Of a DNA stretch of 32,000 nt, positions 8,952 through 18,122 are shown piece by piece. The first letter of the stretch is position 1. Every line of letters begins with the position of its first letter. The notes under the pieces are model-generated. The model was given only the letters and a program-made list of their open reading frames with translations. It did not search any database and was not told where the DNA came from. The stretch lies in contig CP178758.1 in NCBI GenBank assembly GCA_047651235.1, positions 1,650,001-1,682,000 of the forward strand, read 5' to 3'. The translations under genes and the position numbers were made by a program. The stretch comes from Candidatus Electrothrix yaqonensis (GTDB lineage: Bacteria; Desulfobacterota; Desulfobulbia; Desulfobulbales; Desulfobulbaceae).

Positions 8952-9350
8952 TCAGCGTGCAGAAATAATTCGTTTCAATGCCTCATTATCCTCCAGAAAA
9001 AAACATTTGTACAGGACAGGATCGATATCCTGCTTTGTCCTGAGTTCGGGCTGATATAATTCGATCTGTCGGGCGATCTCCTGCAGGGTTTCTGTCGAAG
9101 CCTCGGTCATCTCCGTATATCCCCCGCTGATCGCCCGGATATCATGCAAGTCATAGCCTTTTGTTTGAAAATATTGGAACAGGCAGTTGGCATAGGCAAA
9201 CTTCCAGAGACGCTGCTCCTCGGTCTGCCGGATCTGCACTGTATTCTGCTCCTTCAGTTCCTTCTGTTCTACTGCGCTGCAGGCGCTCTGCAGCAGGAGG
9301 GGCAAAAGAAACAGCAACAGAACAGACCGTTTTATGAGCATAAGGCGCAT
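8952..9350 (-). CDS. putative periplasmic amidase immunity protein (Tai4-like)
   Basis: It starts 1 nt after the Tae4 stop. It has an N-terminal signal/lipoprotein-like sequence (LLLFLLPLLLQSAC) and a small helical mature part. The assignment rests mainly on position and size. Confidence 0.55.
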   Translation of the reverse strand: MRLMLIKRSVLLLFLLPLLLQSACSAVEQKELKEQNTVQIRQTEEQRLWKFAYANCLFQYFQTKGYDLHDIRAISGGYTEMTEASTETLQEIARQIELYQPELRTKQDIDPVLYKCFFLEDNEALKRIISAR

Positions 9351-9866
9351 TTATGCGGCCTCCCAGAAAAGAATAGTATGCGCCTTGTCCCCGAAATCAC
9401 TCCGCACGCATTGTTCCCCGTCCCAGAGATCCGCGTGGCCGGTGGCGTCTGACCAGCCGGAAACTTCAAAGACGATAATGCCTTTTCTGCCCTTGAGATT
9501 TTCTTTGTACTCAGCCGGGGAAACCGTTTCAGGTGCGCCGTATTTTCCTTCCAGATACTGCAGAAGGACCCGCACCCGGAAGATATACCATTTTTTCGTC
9601 CGGTTGCCATCCTGCTGGACAGAGGATTTTTCACCGGAAGAAACCTGAGTTGTTTTTTTCCCGGCTTTATCCGTGGTAGTGTAATAGGGAATCAGGTGGT
9701 CCTCACCTGAAAAGTTGAGCGCCTGCGAAATTCTGGTCGCACAGGCGTTGGTAAAGACGCCGATCTCGTAATTCAGTTGTACTTTTCCGCCTATTTCAGT
9801 AAATACATCCTTTGCAGGTTTATTGGGGAAATGCGTAATAAGGGCTTCCCATTTCGGCAGTTTCAT
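9351..9866 (-). CDS. Tae4-family peptidoglycan amidase effector (type VI amidase effector 4 family)
   Basis: Family hallmarks are present: the catalytic Cys context FTNACATRISQALN, WYIFRVRVLLQYL, and KGRKGIIVFEVSGWSDATGHADLWDG (catalytic His). I prefer the ATG at 9866 (MKLPKW) because GGAGG lies 8 nt upstream; the track ORF begins at 9884. Confidence 0.85.
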   Translation of the reverse strand: MKLPKWEALITHFPNKPAKDVFTEIGGKVQLNYEIGVFTNACATRISQALNFSGEDHLIPYYTTTDKAGKKTTQVSSGEKSSVQQDGNRTKKWYIFRVRVLLQYLEGKYGAPETVSPAEYKENLKGRKGIIVFEVSGWSDATGHADLWDGEQCVRSDFGDKAHTILFWEAA

Positions 9867-10241
9867 GATTTTTTCCTCCAGCATAAAGATCGATCTCTGC
9901 TTACGTTGGTATAACAGGGTTATATACTACAGGCTATTCTATAGCCCGCCGCAGAGCAAGAATTATCTGCAGATGATATTAAGCGGAGCGGCTGCTGACA
10001 AATCAGCTTGTAGAACTCCTGATCCGCAGTTCTACGGACAGAAAATGCATCTGCTGATCAGTGAATCCGGGATCTCTGCAGAAATGTTTTTTTCTCCTGG
10101 AGAGTTCCCCTTCACCTTCATATAGATGCTGTTACAGATGGTTGTTACGCCCTGCGGGTTTAAACTGAAAATTTTGATACTTATTATGGTCTCCGGCATT
10201 CAGCCTTCAATGCTGCAGGTCACAACTTGGGTTAACATATC

Positions 10242-11648
10242 ATGCGCATTCAACCTGTGATTCTTGCCGGAGGAACCGGCACCCGGCTCTGGCCTCTGTC
10301 CCGTGAACTGTATCCCAAGCAGCTGCTCTGCCTGCTCGGTGAACAATCGCTGCTCCAGAACACCCTGATCCGGGTCAGCCTGCTGCCGGATACCCTGCCG
10401 CCGCTTATTGTGGTGGGCGAGGAACACCGTTTTCTGACCAGAACTCAGGTGGAGGCGCTGGATATATTTCCGGATTATCAGGTTCTTCTGGAACCTTTGG
10501 GCAAGGATACGGCCCCGGCAGTCTGCGGGGCGGCTCTGTTTGCCCGGCAGCATTTCGGGGAAAATATCCTGCTGCTCATGCTGCCTGCGGATCATCTTAT
10601 TGCCCGGCCGGATGATTTTGTCCGGGCAGTTGCACGGGCTGCAGAACAGGCCGCGCAGGGAAAGCTGACCACCTTCGGCATTGTCCCGGACCGACCGGAG
10701 ACCGGCTACGGTTATATCCGCAGAGGTGCGGATAACGCGGTGCAATCCTTTGTCGAAAAACCGGACCTGGAAACCGCAAAAAAATACCTTGCGGACCGCA
10801 ATTATTTCTGGAACAGCGGCATGTTCGCCTTTCCGGCGGATCCGCTGCTTGCAGAGCTGAAACGCCATGCTCCGGATATGCTCGCCTGTATGGAACAGGC
10901 GGTTGAACGAGGGACCACAGACGGGGTGTTTTTCCGTTTTGACCGGGAAGGGATGCAGCTATGTCCGGCAGATTCTATTGACTACGCCCTCATGGAAAAA
11001 ACGGACAACGCGGCAGTGGTGGAAGCGGATTTCGGCTGGAACGATATCGGCTCCTGGCAGGCCCTGTGGGAGGTGGCTGAAAAGGACGCGCAGGGCAATG
11101 TGACCGATGGAGACGTGCTGCTTGAGGATGTGGAAAACTGCCTGATCCGCTCTCAGGATACTTTGGTCGCGGCGATCGGCCTGCGCGACACCTTGGTGGT
11201 GGAGACCTCGGATGCCGTCCTAGTTGCCCCAATGGACCGGGCGCAGGATATCAAAAAAATTGTCAGCAGACTGAAACAACAGAAGCGGCCAGAGTTCCAC
11301 AGCCACCGTACCGTACATCGCCCCTGGGGCAGCTACACCACCCTGGAAATCCATGACCGCTTTCAGATCAAGCGGATCACGGTCAATCCGGGCGCACGCC
11401 TTTCCTCCCAGATGCACCATCACCGCCATGAGCACTGGGTGGTGGTCCGGGGAACGGCCAGAGTGGAAAACGGCGACCGGACCATCCTGCTCCGCGAAGA
11501 TGAATCAACCTATATCCGGCTGGGCACCGTGCATCGCCTGGAAAATCCGGGCGTGATTCCGCTGGAGCTGATTGAAATCCAGATCGGCAGTTATCTCGGA
11601 GAGGACGACATTGTCCGTTTTGATGACGAATATGGAAGGGGAAGTTGA
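10242..11648 (+). CDS. manC: bifunctional mannose-1-phosphate guanylyltransferase / mannose-6-phosphate isomerase
   Basis: The N-terminus ILAGGTGTRLWPLSRELYPKQ matches the nucleotidyltransferase domain. The C-terminal cupin has HHHRHEHWVVVRGTA...GTVHRLENPG. The length (468 aa) is typical. Confidence 0.93.
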   Translation: MRIQPVILAGGTGTRLWPLSRELYPKQLLCLLGEQSLLQNTLIRVSLLPDTLPPLIVVGEEHRFLTRTQVEALDIFPDYQVLLEPLGKDTAPAVCGAALFARQHFGENILLLMLPADHLIARPDDFVRAVARAAEQAAQGKLTTFGIVPDRPETGYGYIRRGADNAVQSFVEKPDLETAKKYLADRNYFWNSGMFAFPADPLLAELKRHAPDMLACMEQAVERGTTDGVFFRFDREGMQLCPADSIDYALMEKTDNAAVVEADFGWNDIGSWQALWEVAEKDAQGNVTDGDVLLEDVENCLIRSQDTLVAAIGLRDTLVVETSDAVLVAPMDRAQDIKKIVSRLKQQKRPEFHSHRTVHRPWGSYTTLEIHDRFQIKRITVNPGARLSSQMHHHRHEHWVVVRGTARVENGDRTILLREDESTYIRLGTVHRLENPGVIPLELIEIQIGSYLGEDDIVRFDDEYGRGS

Positions 11649-11860
11649 GCAGTGAAAGATGCTTTAGGAACGAGAATTAAATTCTGCCGCCTCAACAGCG
11701 GGACTGGCTGTCCTTCTGGTCGCCCGGCAATCATGATGACCGGAGGATTGCCTTGTTGGCGGGATTCAAGGGATAAAGCGGGAAGGAAGCGGAGGAGAAG
11801 AAAGGAGGTATTTCTTGATGAAAAAGTACATGAACCGGTTGATTAAGTCGGTTCAGATAT

Positions 11861-11895
11861 AAAAAACCGGGTAACGCGCCAAGCACGCACCCGGT
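11861..11895 (-). terminator. second (distal) candidate rho-independent terminator on the minus strand
   Basis: 7-bp stem ACCGGGT/ACCCGGT with a 16-nt loop, followed on the minus strand by T6 (A6 at 11861-11866 on plus). Confidence 0.4.
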
Positions 11896-11905
11896 GAACT
11901 CAATA

Positions 11906-11939
11906 CAGAAAAAAGGCCGCAAGCCTAAGATGCGGCCTT
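11906..11939 (-). terminator. rho-independent terminator downstream of the 12031-12585 gene
   Basis: 9-bp stem AAGGCCGCA/TGCGGCCTT (11913-11921 / 11931-11939), followed on the minus strand by a T-run (A-run on plus at 11906-11912). Confidence 0.65.
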
Positions 11940-12030
11940 GGTTACTCAATTCAGATCAACCGCGCAATCAAGTCCCTTTTAACAAACTGATACTTTTTAA
12001 TTAAGGATCAGGATAGTCGCAGCCAAGCTC

Positions 12031-12585
12031 TTAAGGACATTTTATTTTCCTGCCAAGAGCTTGAAATTCTGAGACAGCATAAAGACCATCTCCGGCTCCT
12101 GCAGTATAGTGTTCAATCCTGAAAGCATCAGTAACGGCATCAATATTCATGGTGATTAGCCTGTCCATACCCCAGTGTCTGTCAGGAACGACAATTACCT
12201 GTCCAGGACCGGTATATCCAAGCCTCTTGTCCTGCCATGAGATGAGATAGTCATCATTATTATCGACTTGGATTCGTATCTTCTTAACCTGATAGCAATG
12301 CGGACCCAAGAAGACTTGTAAAAAGTTCTGTTCCTGATCTTGATTTTCATCCCACCAGATAGGGCCTTGATCCCATTGATGGCCTGTTGCGAATATTTCT
12401 CCATCGGTAAGTGTACTGTAATCCGTTGTTAATCCATTCCCCCATCCACCGGTGAAAAATTCTCCCCATGCTGCAACTGTTTTACGTTTTGCAACATTTC
12501 CAGAAAAAGCCGGAACAGTGAATCCCAAAAGAATTGAAGTTGCAACAGTAAGAGTTATTGCCGATTTAACAGAGTGCTTTTTCAT
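12031..12585 (-). CDS. secreted hypothetical protein, possible galactose-binding-like (discoidin/F5_F8 type C-like) fold
   Basis: Signal peptide MKKHSVKSAITLTVATSILLGFTVPAFSG, a Trp/Asp-rich beta-type sequence, and a C-terminal YAVSEFQALG resembling the end of discoidin-type domains. AT-richer than the flanks. The family call is tentative. Confidence 0.5.
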   Translation of the reverse strand: MKKHSVKSAITLTVATSILLGFTVPAFSGNVAKRKTVAAWGEFFTGGWGNGLTTDYSTLTDGEIFATGHQWDQGPIWWDENQDQEQNFLQVFLGPHCYQVKKIRIQVDNNDDYLISWQDKRLGYTGPGQVIVVPDRHWGMDRLITMNIDAVTDAFRIEHYTAGAGDGLYAVSEFQALGRKIKCP

Positions 12586-12785
12586 TTTTCCCCTCCTTCA
12601 TTAGATGAATGATTCGCCGGATGTTGCACCATTAATCCAATTATGAACAACTATAATCAAAAAAGTCAAGAGAAAATAGCTGTTGATATAAAAAAGTTCC
12701 CCGCCAGTATCACAGCCCTTTCACAAACCGCGCACTGACTGGATATAGATGATTGGTATTTCAGGTGCAAACCCCAAATCACCTT

Positions 12786-13364
12786 TCAGATTCTATCCGC
12801 TGTCACCACATAGCGCTGCCGGGTACCGGGGCGGACTGCCCGGAAAGGATAGCAGGTGATCAGGGCCAGCTGGGCCCTTCCCTGCTGCGGCAGATAAAGT
12901 GCTTCTGCCTGCCGGACTGCAGTTGCGCTGACCCGGTAGCGCCATTGCCGCCCGTGCCCGTCCTCCAGAGTAAAGATATCTCCTTTACGCACACTGCGCA
13001 GAAAACGGAAATGGGTATCCCGGTGGGCTGCCAGGACACAGGTACCTGCCTGTCCGGGCGCAGCACCGGTCTGCAACATCCCCGGCCCGAAGGCAAGGGC
13101 CTCCCCGGACTGCCCGGCCAGCACGATCATCTCCCGGCCGTCTTTTTCCGCCTGCAGCCGGGCCACCGGCCAGGTATCGGCCCAGGGCCACGGCCTGACC
13201 GGGACATTCCGGCTCAGGGTCTGCTCCCAGGCCCGGTGCAGGAGCAGCTGGGCCAGCAGCCCCTTGGCATGAATCCACATGCTGTTGCCGCAGAGCAGCA
13301 TCCCGACGGCAGAGCACAGGACAGCAGCCAGCCCTGTGCTCTGCCGTCTCCACTTGGGCTGCAT
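12786..13364 (-). CDS. class GN sortase (proteobacterial sortase)
   Basis: N-terminal TM, then GTCVLAAHRDTHFRFL (catalytic His) and LALITCYPF (catalytic Cys, TC motif). I prefer the ATG at 13364, 2 nt after the target gene's stop; the track ORF starts at 13391. Confidence 0.85.
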   Translation of the reverse strand: MQPKWRRQSTGLAAVLCSAVGMLLCGNSMWIHAKGLLAQLLLHRAWEQTLSRNVPVRPWPWADTWPVARLQAEKDGREMIVLAGQSGEALAFGPGMLQTGAAPGQAGTCVLAAHRDTHFRFLRSVRKGDIFTLEDGHGRQWRYRVSATAVRQAEALYLPQQGRAQLALITCYPFRAVRPGTRQRYVVTADRI

Positions 13365-13366
13365 GA

Positions 13367-15478
13367 TCACGGCATTCTCCTGTGCAGCCAAATAAGCAGC
13401 CCGGTAAGAAGCAGGAACAGCGTGCCGATGAGGAGCTGCAGGGCCGCCGGGGTTGCCGTTGCAGAACCGCCTGCAAAAACCGAACTGTACTGCCAGCCTG
13501 CAGGCAGATTGCTCTTGACCGCTTGCTTCTGCAGCGAAGCATCTTTGGGCCGGGAAACCTTTTCCTCCACCGCAACCAAACTGGTATAGCGGCTGACCAG
13601 ATGATTGTTCAGGGCGAGTTCGGTCACCTCCTGCCGCACCTGCTGCGGATCAGCCCCGGAGGAGAGGCTGTCCAGCAGGATTCTGATTTTCTTCCGCGCC
13701 CAGAGCACCGCGATGCCGGGCCGGTCAGTAAAGGCCGTGGTATCAACCGTCATCTGCCAAGGCGTCACGCCGCCCCGCAGCCCGGCAAGCTGCAGCTGAC
13801 CCGCTTCTCCCTTTCCCTTCACCACCACGGTCAGCGGTTCGCCCTGATACAGATCCGGCAGCGGAGAGGGCAGGGTTTTGAGGCCCTCTGCCCCGGTCAG
13901 CTGCAGATTGGTGATGGCTGGTTGCTCCAGCATGAAGAACAGGCCGGTCATTTTTCCCCGCACCTCTTCCAGCTTGCCGATAAAAGTATAACTGCCCCGG
14001 CCCATTGCAGCTGCCCTGGTCATGAAATAGCTGTTCGGCGCCGAGCCGATCCCCACCGTGAACAGACGGGAGTCGCCGAGACGGTCATGGATCATGGTGA
14101 ACAGTTCCGCTTCGTTACTCACCGAACCGTCGGTCAGAAAAACGATCTGCCGGATGCGCTCGTGCTTCTGCTGACCGTCCAGGGCCATATCCAGCGCCGT
14201 GCTGATTTCCGTGCCGCCGTTGGCCTCAAGCCCTTCGATGAACGCAACGGCCCGGCTGATGTTCTCCGGACTGCCCGGCCTGCTGTCGTTGAACAGGGAA
14301 CGGGCTGTGCTGTTGAACTCAATTACATTGAATCGGTCACGGGGTCGCATACGCTCCACAGCCATGCGCAGGGCCTTTTTCGCCTGCCTGATGGACTCAC
14401 CGCCCATTGAACCGGAGGTATCCAAAATAAACACCACTTCGCGGGCCAGCGGTTCCTGCTGCGCCTGTTCCGGCGGCATCACCATGAGCAGCATGTAGCG
14501 TTCATCGCCCTTCTGCTCACTGAACAGGGTGACTGCGGGGGCCTGCTGTTTTTCCGGTTCCCATTCCAGAACAAAATCACGGTCTGCTTTGACCTCGCTG
14601 GTAAAACGGATATCTATACTCCTGTCCTCATTTTTACTGCTGGTAATCCCGTGATACAGGCTGTCGATTCGGGCCAGCTCCATCCCGGCTGCCAGATTCA
14701 CATGCAGGTTCACCGGATTCACTGCGGCTTCGTTCGGTTTGACGACCGACAGTTGCGGCAGGGTGTGAGCCGCAGTTTCACCAGCCCCTCCGGAAAAACC
14801 GGGAGAATATCTGGGCCCGACAAGCATGGGGAAGCGCAGCGAGTACAGGGAATCTTGGCGCTGCACCACCTGCTGGTATTCAATCTGAATAATCACGGTC
14901 TCTCCGGGACCGATATTGGCCACAGCCGTGGTGAAGATATTGGGCCGCTGCTGCGAAAGAAGCGAGGTCTTCTTGCCTGCCTTTTTGGCCGCCTCATAGG
15001 TTTTGCGGGCCTCTTCTTTTTTCTGAATTTTGCCGACGACCACCCGGTCATTGATCCGCATCTCCAGATGATCCACTGCGCTCTCGTCCGGCAGGGGAAA
15101 AACATACAGCGCCTCGACCCATTCATCAGAATCATTGCTGAAATGCTGTCTGACCGTGGCCCGCGCCGCAATGCCGCTCACCCTGATATCAACATCCATT
15201 GAAAGCATGGGCGCCGCCCGGAATTTCCCCGGCTCATCACTCGGCAACAGCAGCTCCCCCTGCTGCACAGCATCCAGGGTCACCAGTTCCTCCCGGCCTG
15301 TCCGGTCTGACTCGGTCTGCCCTGCGGGATCAGCTGCAGCAGACCCGAACCAGCCGAGCACCACCAGCACGGCCATAGTTAGGGTATAGACGGCCAGCAG
15401 TAAAGAACCGGGATCCAAATGGCGGGGTTGCTGATTGCGTTTTTCCTGTTTTTCCTGTTTTTTCTGTACTGATGTCAT
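13367..15478 (-). CDS. VIT + von Willebrand factor A domain protein, proteobacterial sortase target type
   Basis: It has an N-terminal TM/signal, a VIT-like region, and a vWA domain with the MIDAS motif FILDTSGSMGG. The C-terminus is tripartite: TM (AALQLLIGTLFLLLTGLLIWL) plus a basic tail HRRMP. I prefer the ATG at 15478, preceded by AAGGAGG; the track ORF extends to 15616. Confidence 0.85.
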   Translation of the reverse strand: MTSVQKKQEKQEKRNQQPRHLDPGSLLLAVYTLTMAVLVVLGWFGSAAADPAGQTESDRTGREELVTLDAVQQGELLLPSDEPGKFRAAPMLSMDVDIRVSGIAARATVRQHFSNDSDEWVEALYVFPLPDESAVDHLEMRINDRVVVGKIQKKEEARKTYEAAKKAGKKTSLLSQQRPNIFTTAVANIGPGETVIIQIEYQQVVQRQDSLYSLRFPMLVGPRYSPGFSGGAGETAAHTLPQLSVVKPNEAAVNPVNLHVNLAAGMELARIDSLYHGITSSKNEDRSIDIRFTSEVKADRDFVLEWEPEKQQAPAVTLFSEQKGDERYMLLMVMPPEQAQQEPLAREVVFILDTSGSMGGESIRQAKKALRMAVERMRPRDRFNVIEFNSTARSLFNDSRPGSPENISRAVAFIEGLEANGGTEISTALDMALDGQQKHERIRQIVFLTDGSVSNEAELFTMIHDRLGDSRLFTVGIGSAPNSYFMTRAAAMGRGSYTFIGKLEEVRGKMTGLFFMLEQPAITNLQLTGAEGLKTLPSPLPDLYQGEPLTVVVKGKGEAGQLQLAGLRGGVTPWQMTVDTTAFTDRPGIAVLWARKKIRILLDSLSSGADPQQVRQEVTELALNNHLVSRYTSLVAVEEKVSRPKDASLQKQAVKSNLPAGWQYSSVFAGGSATATPAALQLLIGTLFLLLTGLLIWLHRRMP

Positions 15479-15790
15479 TTCTTCATCCTCCTTGTCTCTT
15501 TTTCTTGCCCGAGCCTTGGGTCTGCTCTCCTGCTTTTTTTTAAATGAGCACGGCTTTTGTTTCCTGTCCCCAGTATGCACGATGACCATGACTGACTTTC
15601 TTTCTGATGATGACATGGAGGAAAAAGACGATGACAGAATGTGACAGGAAAACGATCAGATGAGCAGCGAACTGCTGGCAAGACGGACAGAATAATTTGC
15701 TGCCCTTTGCAGTTTCGGGTATATTTTCCCCCATCAGAGGCCGCAGAAATTCTCGGCAACGAAACAAAATATTGATCTTTCAAAAAAATC

Positions 15791-15805
15791 TGTTTCACCG
15801 AAACA
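15791..15805. promoter_or_regulatory. perfect palindrome TGTTTC-N3-GAAACA, candidate operator upstream of the TVP38 gene
   Basis: Read directly from the sequence, 23 nt upstream of the ATG at 15828. It overlaps one of two CGAAACAAAAT direct repeats (15760-15770, 15799-15809). Confidence 0.25.
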
Positions 15806-15827
15806 AAATCAGTTCTGCAGCTGGCAT

Positions 15828-16538
15828 ATGAACAGGAGCAATACAAAAGCCCGGAGAAAAATCATTCTCCTGCTGGTGATAGGGACGCTCATTGCTGCGT
15901 TTTTCGCCTTTGACCTGCAGCAGTATCTGCACTTTGCTGCTCTGCAGTCCGGTCGTGAGCGCTTTCATGTCTACTATGCCGAACATCAGCTGCTCACCAT
16001 AGCGGGCTACATGGCAGTATATATCCTGATCACCGCCCTTTCTCTACCGGGCGCCGCTGTGATGAGCCTGGCCGGAGGCGCACTGTTCGGGCTGTGGACC
16101 GGACTGGTGCTGGTCTCGTTCGCCAGCACCATCGGTGCAACGCTGGCCTTTCTCTCGGCCCGATTTCTGCTCAAAGATTTTATCCAGGGCAGATTCGGGG
16201 AAAAACTGAGCGCGATCAACAGAGGGATTGAGCAGGACGGGGCCTTCTATCTGTTCAGCCTTCGCCTGGTACCTGTTTTTCCGTTCTTTGTGATCAATCT
16301 GGTCATGGGACTGACGCCGATCCGCACCGGGATCTTTTACTGGGTCAGTCAGGTCGGTATGCTGCCGGGGGGCTTTGTGTATGTCAATGCAGGTACGCAG
16401 TTAGGCAGTCTGGAATCAGCCAGCGGCATTTTTTCTCCGGCCCTGATCTTTTCCTTTATCCTGCTCGGCATCTTCCCGCTGCTGGCTAGACAGCTTCTTG
16501 CGCTGCTCAGAAAAAGGAAAAAGAACCCCCGCGTCTGA
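15828..16538 (+). CDS. TVP38/TMEM64 family (DedA-superfamily, SNARE-associated) membrane protein
   Basis: Multi-TM protein with the typical PGAAVMSLAGGALFG and RLVPVFPFFVINLVMGLTPI motifs. Confidence 0.85.
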   Translation: MNRSNTKARRKIILLLVIGTLIAAFFAFDLQQYLHFAALQSGRERFHVYYAEHQLLTIAGYMAVYILITALSLPGAAVMSLAGGALFGLWTGLVLVSFASTIGATLAFLSARFLLKDFIQGRFGEKLSAINRGIEQDGAFYLFSLRLVPVFPFFVINLVMGLTPIRTGIFYWVSQVGMLPGGFVYVNAGTQLGSLESASGIFSPALIFSFILLGIFPLLARQLLALLRKRKKNPRV

Positions 16539-16651
16539 TCATGGAATTATGGAATTCGGGGAAAAACACTGAGAAATCCAAGAAATGAAGAAACCGAAAA
16601 CCCAACAATCAAATTCATAAAACCAAAACCATAAATTAATCGCACGTAATC

Positions 16652-18121
16652 ATGCAGTTTTCTAGAACGACCACAATGCATTTTCCTTTACGGAAAGATC
16701 CTGTTTCTGCCCGGTCCATGAGGACTATGAGGAGGTTCCTCGCCGTGGCAGGTATGCTCCTCCTTTTTCTGCCTGCGCCTCTTTTTGCCTCGGAAGGCGG
16801 CGCGCACCTCAGCATTCATCCGATCTGGATTCTCCCCTTTGCCCTGCTGTTAGGCTGTATCGCGGTGCTGCCGCTCGTGGCCCATCACTGGTGGGAGTCC
16901 AACCGGAACAGGGCTCTGGTGAGCGGGACATTCGCGCTTCTCTTTGTCGCCTACCTGCTCATCAACTTCGGCCATACAGGCTGGGTGGCTATCTATCACG
17001 CCATGCTGTTTGAATATCTGCCGTTTATCGTTTTGCTGGGTGCCCTGTTCATCATTTCCGGCGGCATTTATATCAAAGGATCGCTTGCCGGAACTCCTCT
17101 TGCCAACACCATACTTCTGCTCATCGGAGGAGCGGCAGCCAGTTTTATCGGCACCACAGGCGCTTCAATGGTCCTGATCCGGCCACTGTTGCGGGCAAAT
17201 CAGTCGCGAGAAAACAAAGTTCACCTTGTGGTCTTTTTTATTTTTGTGGTCTCCAACTGCGGCGGCCTGCTGACCCCGCTGGGCGATCCGCCGCTCTTTC
17301 TCGGTTTTCTCAAAGGAGTTCCCTTCGGCTGGACCATGCGGCTGTGGAAAGAATGGCTTTTTGTCAACGGTATCCTGATTGTTGCAGCCAACCTGCTTGA
17401 TCAATATGTTTTTGACCGGGAAGAAAAACGCCGTCCGGGCTCGCAGCTCGAACAGGTGATGGAGCATGAACCGCTGCGTATTCTCGGCTGGCACAACCTC
17501 CTTTTTCTGGCAGGGATTGTGCTGGTGATCCTGGGCAAAGGACAGGGATGGGGCGGCGAATGGCCCTTCGGCCTGCAGGAGATCCTGATGACCGGGATTA
17601 CCATTGCAGCGTATGTCACGACGAAAAAAGAAATCCGGGTAGAGAACAGGTTCACCTTTGCCCCCATCATTGAAGTGGCTGTTCTGTTTGCCGGGATTTT
17701 CATCACCATGATCGCCCCGCTGACCGTGCTGAACGCCCACGGCAGCGAGCTGGGCCTGAGCAAATCGTGGCATTTCTTCTGGGGGACCGGCCTGCTCTCC
17801 AGTTTTCTGGACAATGCGCCGACATATCTGACCTTTGCCGCCACAGCAGCCGGCAGCATGGGCGTCAGTGTGGACAGTCCGAAATACCTGGCAGATTTCC
17901 TTGCAGCCGGTGGCGACCGGGCTGTTGAACTGCTGATCGCCATTTCCTGCGGGGCCGTGTTTATGGGAGCCAATACCTATATCGGCAATGGCCCGAATTT
18001 TATGGTCAAGGCGATTGCCGAGGAAAACGGGGTGCGGATGCCGAGCTTTTTCGGCTACATGGCATGGTCGTCCTGCATCCTGCTTCCGGTTCTGCTTCTT
18101 GCCACCCTGATTTTCTTCTGA
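16652..18121 (+). CDS. ion-transporter-superfamily permease (ArsB/NhaD/CitMHS-like, commonly annotated sodium:proton antiporter)
   Basis: Polytopic membrane protein with PLVAHHWWESNRN near the N-terminus and FLDNAPTYLTF near the C-terminus. The start is uncertain; several in-frame Met codons lie between 16652 and about 16727. Confidence 0.7.
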   Translation: MQFSRTTTMHFPLRKDPVSARSMRTMRRFLAVAGMLLLFLPAPLFASEGGAHLSIHPIWILPFALLLGCIAVLPLVAHHWWESNRNRALVSGTFALLFVAYLLINFGHTGWVAIYHAMLFEYLPFIVLLGALFIISGGIYIKGSLAGTPLANTILLLIGGAAASFIGTTGASMVLIRPLLRANQSRENKVHLVVFFIFVVSNCGGLLTPLGDPPLFLGFLKGVPFGWTMRLWKEWLFVNGILIVAANLLDQYVFDREEKRRPGSQLEQVMEHEPLRILGWHNLLFLAGIVLVILGKGQGWGGEWPFGLQEILMTGITIAAYVTTKKEIRVENRFTFAPIIEVAVLFAGIFITMIAPLTVLNAHGSELGLSKSWHFFWGTGLLSSFLDNAPTYLTFAATAAGSMGVSVDSPKYLADFLAAGGDRAVELLIAISCGAVFMGANTYIGNGPNFMVKAIAEENGVRMPSFFGYMAWSSCILLPVLLLATLIFF

Positions 18122-18122
18122 T

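Noticed and set aside
11818-11862. A 14-codon mini-ORF (MKKYMNRLIKSVQI) preceded by AAAGGAGG in the purine-rich manC downstream region.
   Set aside because: It is too short to support. The hairpins that follow have their T-runs on the minus strand, so they terminate the convergent gene, and no leader or attenuator logic is evident.
16541-16560. Tandem ATGGAATT ATGGAATT in the A-rich spacer upstream of the permease gene.
   Set aside because: There are only two 8-nt copies, which fall within chance expectation. No associated structure was found.
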